Source: Balanoglossus misakiensis
Lineage: Eukaryota; Animalia; Hemichordata
NCBI GenBank assembly: GCA_040954595.2
Contig: CM082578.2
Span: 4,942,831-5,006,830, forward strand
Reading direction: 5' to 3'
DNA length: 64,000 nucleotides
In this document: piece by piece, positions 51,901-61,418 of the stretch
How positions within the stretch are numbered: position 1 is the first letter of the stretch
How the letters are laid out: every line of letters starts with the position of its first letter
Position numbers and translations under genes: made by a program
Notes under the pieces: model-generated
The model's database searches: none
What the model saw: the letters and a program-made list of their open reading frames with translations, nothing else
Told to the model about the DNA's origin: nothing

Positions 51901-52067
51901 TTGTTAATAAAATTATAGAAGCCCAGACAAAAATTCACCGGAAACTGACCTGGTCATACATGCGCCAGTGTTTGTTTCTGCACGATCATAAACACTCAAT
52001 TTCTATAAGAAGGAAAGAAGCAGTATGTACGTGCATCGAAAACTGTTGTCGGTGTAAAATAATGTAG
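41996..52067 (+). CDS. NLR-family protein: DED-NACHT-degenerate LRR-like C-terminus (~1080 aa if the frameshift is repaired)
   Basis: Exons 41996-42056 (MAATDPFRMMLLRIADEIVS), 45612-45836 (DKFERMKFLLEGNIPKRTLEEAKTTEELFNIMIDKKILSSDNTGLLEAILTEVG; DED) and 49106-52067, with phase-1 introns. NACHT motifs: Walker A GDPAIGKS, Walker B FILDGYDE, sensor TTRP, NPL, winged helix FFHRSFQEYF. A 1-nt frameshift at A7 50447-50453 joins ORF 49036-50487 to the frame of 50550-52067 through LCLECLHEC. Confidence 0.85.
42812..43217. repeat. Dispersed repeat, possibly a solo LTR (related copies ~54213-54380 inverted and ~57170-57470)
   Basis: Shared blocks TGTGGTGGGATAC..TCTGG.CGG, AAGAGACGGGAACACGTGT, CGCCGATGACTTTATT and TGGACATACAGGACAAG. 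No TSD was found. Confidence 0.55.
43964..44101. repeat. 69-bp tandem duplication
   Basis: CACTCGGATTGTTGAATCTAACTGGCCCTCTTCATGCTCGTCACAACTACAATGACCACTG.CAAAGTA at 43964 and 44033. Confidence 0.92.
44260..44749 (-). mobile_element. 5'-truncated L1/Tx1-like retrotransposon fragment with TSD
   Basis: TSD ACGTAAAGTACGGGAG(TTT) at 44244 and 44750; poly(A) and AATAAA on the minus strand at 44260-44279. The minus-strand translation ends LKNVYNIEEKVAAAKAKIAAHIGKWSPL, resembling an L1/Tx1 ORF2 C-terminus. Confidence 0.75.
45334..45585 (-). mobile_element. 3' fragment of an L2/CR1-group LINE with (TTA)n tail
   Basis: Minus-strand PVNIRSCNNFNTFKRMLKTHLFKLAY*, a short 3'UTR, then TAAA/(TTA)n repeats at 45334-45415. 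Confidence 0.7.
45933..45995. repeat. (TTG)n microsatellite, ~21 units
   Basis: Perfect trinucleotide run. Confidence 0.97.
46789..49064. mobile_element. Non-autonomous TIR element (AcademH-like), copy 2, interrupted by a 2-kb insertion
   Basis: Termini TAGACTAGCCCA...TTGGAGCAAGTCTA; perfect 9-bp TSD TGCTGTCAC at 46780-46788 and 49065-49073; homologous to 22777-23116. Confidence 0.8.
46863..48914. mobile_element. Non-autonomous Helentron/HINE-like element
   Basis: It splits the host repeat exactly, with no clear TSD. One end is ATTA plus the hairpin GGGGACCAAGCGCC-CTCA-GGCGCTTGGTCCCC (46867-46898); the other end is GCTTGGGCCCGTTCAATGCTGCTTGCAGCTTTA. It has no coding capacity. Confidence 0.65.
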
Positions 52068-53048
52068 TTTACCACAGTGACTGGGAAATGTGTTTTCATT
52101 GGGAATAGATAAATGTCTAATCAAGTCGATATTTAAAGGCTAGACAAATCATATGTTTACATGTATCCAGAAGTTCTTTCAATATTATTATTGTACAAAT
52201 AGGTGGTCTTAATTCATTGTGAACAAAACATCTTTAGTAGAAATTAAATTGAGTGGATTTATCTTATGATTCTGTGATCACTCATGCAATGAGACCATGA
52301 TTAACCCATTCATCGGAAGTCTACGTTAAATCTGTCTTCCTTTAACTTTCTTTACAGTGTTTTTTTTGTTACATTATTTCATAGTTTTTCTCAGCATTTT
52401 CTTTCGTACAGTTATATGTCTCCCCGAAATAAATATGGTTTAATAGCACAGTTGGAAATTTGTTTACTAAAAAACATGCCTCCCTAAGTTTGTGAGGTGC
52501 GACTTTTAAAAATCATGATTATAGTACAATGTTTGACGTTCACTGTCTCCACTGTTATATGTCGGATGGACTTGTTTCTTTCCGTATAAGATCACGAATG
52601 TAGACTCCTGCATGATTTCATTTACATCCTCTCCGGCCATTGTTGGAAGGTCTGCAACCATTTTCTGTAAACTTTATATAACGGACTGCTATTTTGTCAT
52701 TTTTTCCCGCCCAAAATTTTGATTTGTATATATTTATGTATAGTGTTGTTGTTTTTTACTTCTTTTTTTTTATAATGTTTGTATGTTACTGGTTTTTCCA
52801 CGATAGTGAATCATCATACTGTGAATGTAGTAATCAAGGTAAACTCGGACCTTGAGGTCAGACTATCGAAACTATTTCACCATACAGGCCTTTCTTTTCT
52901 CACCTTGGACATGTAATTACCCACATGCTTGGCTGAGATTAATTTACATTTGACAGGTCTATCATGAACTTTATTTGAAATACTGTAAGAAGCCACGGTA
53001 TAAAAGAGTGACTTGACAGGATAGTTCGACGGTGCTGGGGTCTATCAT

Positions 53049-54136
53049 ATGACAGAACTTCATGACCTCTGCGCGCGATCTGTGCAATATGGATTTTATT
53101 TTCATGAGTGAGAAGGTGTATTCTTCCGAGTATTTTTACGAGCGACAGCGAGTAAAAATGCAGAAGAATACACCTTCTCACGAGTGAAAATAACATCCAT
53201 ATTGCACAGATCGCGCGCAGAGGTCATGAAGTTCTGTTATTATTGCATATGTTTCCCCAGATTTGACGAAAATCAAAGTTTCGATCGTGGCGTATTGATT
53301 TTCATTACAGTGATGCGCCAAAGGCTATGCAACCCAGAGAAGGCCGCTCATTGGCCAAAATGACGCAACCTTTGTTATGCAAAGAAGGGTCATTCCATCA
53401 GTGGGTTACCTGAGGTCGTGAGATCGCAGCGATAAATTTCGAAACACTGGCGATAGCGAGAGATTTTCGTAATTTTCGAGGTTCCAAAACACACTGACAA
53501 CTAAATGTTCTGTTATTCTGACGATAGTTGGGAAGGATAATAAAAGAACGTGCCAGAATGTTGAAAAATCCGCATGTTTCGGCGATCATGTTGGCTCATT
53601 TCATCGGTGGTTTAGCTCAGGTCGCAAGATAGCATCGGCAATATTTGAGAAACTGGCGATAGCGAGGGATTTTCCGAGGTTCCCAAACATACTGCCAGTT
53701 AATGTTTTGTTATTCTGACAAAATTTGGGAAGGATAAGACAATGGCGTCTCCGAATGTTGAAAATTCCCCACGTTTCGGCGATCATACTCCAGCTCTGCC
53801 GACGGCGTTCAATGTTTACAAACAAAACGTAGTCCGGCTTGTTTTTACTCATTTGCATATGGGTTGTGAAAAATACCACTTTGTCACGCGCACAACTAAA
53901 ACAACAATCGGCTTTTTTGCGACTGAAATAAAACTTTTGTTATATCCTCCGGAGGTTTATATGAACTCCAAGTGATTGTGTAACAGAACGAGGGTTAAAC
54001 TTTGAAAGATACGATCGATTGAAGGGGAAAAGGGGGATCTTATTCTTCTGGATGCTCATTTGCATATGAGCTCGCAAAAATACCAGAATTATTATTGCAC
54101 GGCCCGCTTGGAATACTGTGGTACATATGCAATAAT
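53049..54136. mobile_element. Hairpin-headed non-autonomous element with asymmetric inverted repeats
   Basis: ~190-bp hairpin at 53049-53240, then ATTATTGCATATGT, whose inverted copy ACATATGCAATAAT is the other terminus. There is an internal ~205-bp tandem duplication at 53395-53790. Boundaries are defined by the adjacent empty-site copy. Confidence 0.7.
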
Positions 54137-55834
54137 GAACTTTATTTGAAATACTGTAAGAAGCCACGGTATAAAAGAGTGACTTGACAGGATAGTTCGA
54201 CGGTGCTGGGGTTCCGCTGGTCCAATCTGGACTGCAGGCATTGTCCTTTATGTCCACGACTGGTCATTTTTGAAATAAAGTAATCGGCGGTGAATTCTAT
54301 TCACACGTGTCACTGTCTCTTTACAACATCAACCGACACTCCGGCCAGACACCCGACGGTATCCCACCACAATTTGGGAGCCATGACATTACGATTCTAC
54401 ATTTCTTCATTGAGAGCAAATTTCTGATATTAATAAGCTTGTAATTTAGCATTTTAACTCAGTGCGATTCAGGGAAATGCTTTGCAAACTGTACTGACTT
54501 TTTTTTCAAAACAATTTCTCTCTTTGTCCAACAAAAAAATGGTGTTGTCTTTGTTCACACCCAATTCATGGAGTCAGTTGCTTATTAATCGATCAGCAAA
54601 AATACCTATTTCTTTCTTTCGTCGAGTGCATTTAGTCGGCAATCAATGTTTACTGTCAACATTGATGAAAGGAAATGGCATCCCATTCTTGCTATCCGAC
54701 TTCCTTTAAGAGACTATAAACGACAATATTTGGTTACGGATGTAAGACCTCTCTTTTGCAGCAATTTTTGGGGGATCAAACCATATTTTCAGCCAATTAT
54801 TGTTATTAACACACATTTCGTTATCTTATAAATGGTGCAACTCAATAATTTATGGTCGGAAATCGAATATATTCGCAAAAATCCCAGATTTTTTACAAAA
54901 TTTCTAGCGATTCTAAAAAACTAACGTGTGACGAGATACACCTTTTAAAGTACACTTTCCTGAATCCATGATTGCACAACTTGAACACTTCTCGTAAAGC
55001 AAATTGAGTTGGCGCCAGAATTCATAGAAAGAGGTTTCTGTTCATATATATGACTTCGGTGTAAACTATAATATTTGGCCAAGGAATTTGCGGTTTAAGT
55101 ATACGCTGTCACAACCTAGAAACCAGCATTAAATTGGGTCAGTGTATTGCCAGTAATTCTCAGAAAAACATCTCAGCTTCAGGCATTTATGTCATTCAAC
55201 TAGGGAAAAACAAAACTATAAACGGTCATTTGCATAGATAACAAACATGACTGCGGTATAGTTCCCAAGTACACCCATCTACATTGAAAAAAGCCGTACA
55301 TACAGTAAAGAGAATAACACTACCATAGATAACACATCGGCTTCAAATTAGACGAAGGATAATGGTACACAGCTAAAATTTTATGTTAAAGGTTCATTGG
55401 TTCGTCGTGTTGCTTAAATGGGTCGCACATAAAATGATCAAGTTTGTTATCAGACTTCATATCATCAACCCCTGTTTTAAAATATCTGTAAAGATATGGA
55501 ATTGATCTTAAAACAGCTCCCGTCAAAGACTTCCGTGAGCATCACTTTCTTATGAGCGGTGTTATCGCAGTTCAGTGCCCAATCAACATGTGCGCAAGGT
55601 TTCGGGGATCATGGTTGGGATTATTGATCTTTTTTGACACCTCAAATGTGTGGTCAGAAATTCGCAGAATTGCCAGTACTGTCCACATGGGGTTGTCCAG
55701 CTGAGGCAACAGCCACTCCCTAGCCTATGGCATAAGTGTCCGGCACGTCAGTCTAGATCTGTTGGGGGGGGGGGGGGCTGTCATGGTCACTCCTTGTATT
55801 ATTTTCCACGAGGTAAAATAGCGGCGCAATCAAA

Positions 55835-56734
55835 ATGGGGAATACGCATGGTAACGACACTCTTGTGACACCGTCTAACATATCGCCAGATTGGATGGCC
55901 CGCATTGATGACAAGTGTTTAATATCCGATCTTTCAATTCCTGGCACACGCGGTTCCATATCAGCATATGGTGTATATGAAGAATGCCAACGCTGGACAC
56001 TTACCTCGCAACTAGAAGCTGGTATCAGGTTCTTGGACTTCGGTTGCAGACTTTACTGTGATATCATGCATGTTCACGAGGGTGAGAGATACCAGCTTGT
56101 GAGGACAAAGGATATTCTACCAAAGATAGCCGAATTTTTGAAAGTTTATGATAGCGAAGTTGTACTCGTTCGCTTTCGGAAGGCAGGAATAGAGGAGGAT
56201 AATAAGAAACAATTTGACGACGTAATGGCCGAAATGCTAGAAGACTATGATTTGAAGCCATTCTTCTACAGTGACGAAGGGGCGGACACTCTTGAAGTGG
56301 AACTGCACAAGGTGCGTGGGAAAATCGTGATTCTCCATGATTACGAATATAAAAAGTTACCCGGCATTCCATACAGTTCCCTAAACGAACCTACTGTCAA
56401 GTATGCATCCACCTTATCAGAAAAACATATTGGAAAACACTGGAACAGCATACAAAAACACCTCGAGAAAGCATTTAAGAGCAGCCCGACAGAAGCATTT
56501 GTAGTATTCTGTGGACGGTTACCAACTGTTAAAAATAAGGCCCCCAGTTCGCGTAAAACTGCCAGGGCAATTAATCAACACCTTGAGGATCACTTTAAGG
56601 ATATATTCGACCAAACAGAATATAAACGTGAAGGACAAGATGTTTCCTGTTTCAAATGTGGTATCATTGCTATGGATTTTCCATATTATGAGCTTGTCGA
56701 ACTCATCATAAAGTCGAACAAATTTGTAAAGTAG
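55835..56734 (+). CDS. Bacterial-type phosphatidylinositol-specific phospholipase C X-domain protein, probably catalytically inactive (299 aa)
   Basis: Single-exon ORF. Motifs DWMARIDD..ISDLSIPGT, QRWTLTSQLEAGIRFLD, FLKVYDSEVVLV, VRGKIVIL, ARAIN and GIIAMDFP match the Bacillus cereus PI-PLC-like family pattern. Confidence 0.88.
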   Translation: MGNTHGNDTLVTPSNISPDWMARIDDKCLISDLSIPGTRGSISAYGVYEECQRWTLTSQLEAGIRFLDFGCRLYCDIMHVHEGERYQLVRTKDILPKIAEFLKVYDSEVVLVRFRKAGIEEDNKKQFDDVMAEMLEDYDLKPFFYSDEGADTLEVELHKVRGKIVILHDYEYKKLPGIPYSSLNEPTVKYASTLSEKHIGKHWNSIQKHLEKAFKSSPTEAFVVFCGRLPTVKNKAPSSRKTARAINQHLEDHFKDIFDQTEYKREGQDVSCFKCGIIAMDFPYYELVELIIKSNKFVK

Positions 56735-59700
56735 AATAGAAGCTCAAACATTGTGCAGTGCAGACATTTTAGTACCTCATCACACAAAAATTAATATTTG
56801 TTAACCATTTCTTGTATATTTTGATTGATTTTAAGCATTATGATTACGTCAATCTGCTATATACTATAAGTACACTTTTGAGAAAAAAATCTACTGTGTC
56901 GTCTGAATTTACGTGTAGTTTCCAGTACTTAGTTGTTTTAGTTTCTTTATCAACAGGGATAGTTTATGGGTTAGTAGGCCGTAATACAAGCTTACGATTC
57001 TCCAGTATTGATTACATTTGTCAGAACCGTACATAAGATTTCTATCTTCTGTTAGTTTGTGGCTTGTTTGAGCTGAAACTAGAGGAAACTCATTGCTCCT
57101 GCTACTAATAAAATGAATAAAAATGAAGTTCACCACTTTCTGCTGTCATGTCTCCCTTTTACTATGAGTAAATTGGCGGGATATATTCGTGATTCTGGTC
57201 GGTTGAGAGGTGAAGAGTGTCGGTTGATGAAGAGACGGGAACACGTGTATAGTGCATTTAACGCCGATGACTTTATTACTAGTAATAAGGCCAGCCGTGG
57301 ACATACAGGACAAGCCTGCAGTCCCGGGTGGACCAACCTAATTCATGAACTGAAGTGAGAGTCTTTTTCAAAATACAGAAATTCGGAATCTGTTAAATCA
57401 TATCAAAGCTGCCCGCGTGTGCCCTGTACAAAAGCACTATTGTTCTCAGCCCAAGCTGTGCATGAATAAGACAAAGACGTACTTATCATTTACAATTTAC
57501 TGATAGCCTAGGATGAAGAATTATACAAAGACTCTACTTCACTGTTACAATTTCGAGAAAGGGACAAAGGAACTCGGAATGCGGGCTAGTGTATGTATGA
57601 ATGTCGAATTTCGAAAATCGAATTACAGGATCTCAAGTGCTATGAACTTTGGTATCAACACCATGATTACAACCTCTTGATTTACTCGCATTTTTGAAAG
57701 TGATTGCTTTATAGTGGGTTGCTATTGCTTTATAGAGGCTCGTGATTAAAAAAAACGTCAAAAAGCGAATTCGTTGGTCTCAATTATAGTTTAGAATTTC
57801 ACTTGGCCGCAGGTAGCCACGGATCTACACGGCTTTAAATAAAGGGTTAAAATACAAATAGCCGTGCATATTGCGCTAGTCAATGAATTTTCCGCGCTAG
57901 AATCAAAAACAGCATTGAGAAGTCTACGTTGTATTAACATTTCCTTGGCAAAATGTCTGTATGAGGCCTCAGATGGACAAACAGCGCGGAACATGCGTGT
58001 AATTGTATGCACACATGTATATAACCTAACAAGATATAGAAATCCATACTCATAAAAATAACTGACTGTCGGACAAATATTGCGCAATATGTACCTGGGC
58101 GCATTTTGCAACTTCCGAAAACACAAAGTACAAAGATAATGGTCTGCATTTGGCGCAGAAGTGAAAAAATAAAAGGACATGTGTGCACATTCATGTTTCT
58201 ATCCAGAAACACTATGAATACTGCAACAGGACCCAGGACTTGGACAAAGTTCGCGACTACCTTATTTAGAAACCCTATTTACGTGTACTCTCGAAAGTAG
58301 AAAACAGTACGTATTCGACCACAATGACCTCTCCCATTTTGGGCGGGCGACAAGCGACAAACAGTCAACACTATCAATTGCCGCCATATTCGTTACCGCC
58401 TTCATTTAACAGTTCAGCTTAGACATCGTTCGTCATAAAGCTATAATTTATTTGCGTAGTTGAACTTTGAAATCATTTCGTGATAGCTGACACGTTTGTT
58501 CGTTTGGCTTTCAAGCACGCCGTCATAACATTTCCATACTAGGCCCACTTGTTTTTAACAAACATGTTTAAAAATACGAAATTGAGGAAATTCTTCAAAC
58601 AATATTACAAGACTTCTTGATTATTTCATGCAATGTAATAATCGTGGTTAATGTCACAGGATGACCGCTTCCACCATTTGCTGCTTATCTATATGCCTGT
58701 TAAACTGCAAAAAAAGTCAAATGCAAAAAGTGGCCAGAACGAAATAAGAGGGTCTCTACAAAACTGGCGTTGTTGCGGGGTGGGCGCGAAGAGCAGCCAC
58801 TTCCCGCCCGCGTGTGCACTTGCCTCGTTGCCAAGTCGCCCACGTTCTTTTATTTGGGGGAATCGCCGACCAGAACACACCTGTCCCCACTCGAGTAGCG
58901 GTGGCCTAAAGCGAGTCATGTCGACAATGTCTCCCTCCTTGAAGTCTTGGTTGCCATGACGCCGCTTGTGGGGCATCTGTGCTCGGCGGATATACTCCGG
59001 TACCACGCCACTACTTCATGATGCTACTCTAAGTCGGAGAGTTTCATCATGAGGTAGGATGGGCTATGACGCCTGCTTGTCATACCTAGTAGACATTCCC
59101 CATTACTTTCAACGACATATCTTGTCTCAACCATTAGTATGTAAATGCATGTGAACATGTCCATCGAATGCCCTTTCAGTGTAGGCCTATATGAACAAAC
59201 CGACATGAGTTGCATAGAAAACCACTGGCTTCATTCCATTCCTTAAAGCATTTCGAAGTAAACGTAACACTGACAAAGCGTCCAAAGCTTAATCAAACAA
59301 TGATATCATTCATACACTACTTGAGTTGTCTCATAAAGTATTTCGGAGAAAATACCTGTTTATTAGTTTGGCTTTCGAACACGCCGTCATAAAATTAGAG
59401 TAAATCCGGCTTTGGGCGGAAATGCATGCTTGACCCGCTTGAAATACATGAAATACACGTTCAAACAAACATGTTAAAATATGACGTTTAGGAAATTCTC
59501 CAAACAATATCACAAAACCTGTTAGCTCATGCCACCGATTGTCCCTTCAGTGTACATGTATATGAACAAATCGACATGATTCCCGTTTCGGTGACGGTTA
59601 CAAATTTACTCCCAGACACTGTGCGAGTAGCTGGATAAAATATACTCTTGTGCCGACAGTTCAATATGGGAAGGTGTCGTTTATTTGATAGTTTATTTTC

Positions 59701-60951
59701 TGCAAGCATATAAACCGTATCTTAAAGTACAAACTAAAATACATATTTATGGCAGTATTGCGGTGTCGTAAATCTACAGGTATTAATATAATGTCAGGCT
59801 ATTCATCGTTAATGAAAAAAACACCCGTCAACTTTTGTCACCATGGGCACACGTACATGTATGATACTGCTTGATGGAATGTCCATTGTATCATTGTATA
59901 CACGCATGTACTAATCAATCAACAGCAACTGTCATTTACCTTCCGAAACTAGTATACTCTATCCGGCGTACTTCGAGGGTTAGTCCACAGTCTACATAAT
60001 TATCTCTACTTGGCCAGACTCTTTGTGAGCATAGACTCTAAGGGACGTTCAGTTTTTACGGCCTGGGTTCCGGCAAAATCCAGGGGTCACTTAAATTTTG
60101 AAATCCAAAAGGGGGTCATCTTTTTTTCCGAAACGTTTGGGGGGTCACATCCTTATGCCCCAAACTTTTGCTTTTAAGTCCACAAATATGCAGTTTCGAG
60201 CCCTTTATTTTACCAAATTTTCTCCCACACCCACCCCTTCATTCTTCACCACATTTCATTTATTGAGCAATTCACAGAACGACTTTGAAAGTACAGTACT
60301 GTAAAACGGGTTACTTTCGCGAGCAATAAATTTTCACGAAATACGCGAGAGCCAACAAAACGCGAAAATAAAAAAGTCGCGTTAAAACGACTGATATGAT
60401 ATTCGCACACTTGTGACATTTTGAAAGCTAAAAAACGATTTTCTGACATGCCAGAGACGAGAGACGTTCACCAGACGTCGCCTGTGGGTGCACTACACCA
60501 GTACTCTGCTTTGAATGAAACTGCTGCGAACATCTAACCAGGTCTAGTTAAAACGTGCAAGACTCTGAGCACGCCCCTTGTCGGGCTATGGATAAATTTA
60601 TATGCCACCCCAAACTTGGAAGTTCGCCCATCCTCGAACAGTTTCTCAATAAATTATGATTTCGTCACTGAAGTCTTAATTTAAGGTAGCTTGTGAGGTT
60701 TGCGTGAGTATTTCAGTTAAACTTCCCCCAGAAAATCTTCATTCAAAGCTTTCCTTTTCTATTGTCTTTAGAGGTGGCAACAAAGTCAAAGTTTGGTGAC
60801 ACAGAAATACAATGATTCCTATAAAAAGCTGTATATATTACTGCTGAATTATAAGACTTCTTCCTTTTCAACGCGATCAAGCTCGAATATTTTGATTTAC
60901 CACTTGATTTGGAACGCACATAGTTGAAAGCATGCAAATGACCTCGGGGTC

Positions 60952-61418
60952 ATAGTGAACACCTATTGCCTGGCCATGAGGGCCATAGCGGCCGTTTATT
61001 ACACCCGAGGGGCTGTGAGTTACCAGAATCATATGCTATTTCCCGAGGCCGCAGGCCGAGAGAAATACAGGTGTAGCGTATGATTCTGGTAACTCACAGT
61101 CACGAGGGGGTAAAAACGGCTGCTATGGCCCGAATATAGGCCAGGCTATAGGTGTTTTATAATAAACCTCATGCTAACAGCTGGGAAAATCTTGCAATTT
61201 TCTCTTGAGGTTGGCAGACGACATCTTCCGCGGTGGCCATTGTGTCAGACGACGCGCCGCTGATTGACGTGACCGAGTCTGCGCACTCACGCTGGTCACG
61301 TGACCGGTTTATATTTTTTCTGCTATTTCCCTAGCGGTTCATAGTCGATTCTATTTTCCTATCACGTGACGGATTCTGGCGAACCACGGCACAGTATTAG
61401 CATGAGGTATATTATAAT
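60952..61418. mobile_element. Hairpin-headed non-autonomous element with asymmetric inverted repeats
   Basis: ~205-bp hairpin centred on CCGAGGCCGCAGGCCGAG (~61042-61060), then TATAATAAACCTCATGCTAA, inverted at the far end as TTAGCATGAGGTATATTATA. Confidence 0.65.

Noticed and set aside
58689-59006. GC-rich minus-strand ORF or exon
   Set aside because: No recognisable domain, stops immediately upstream in frame, and no compatible acceptor found.
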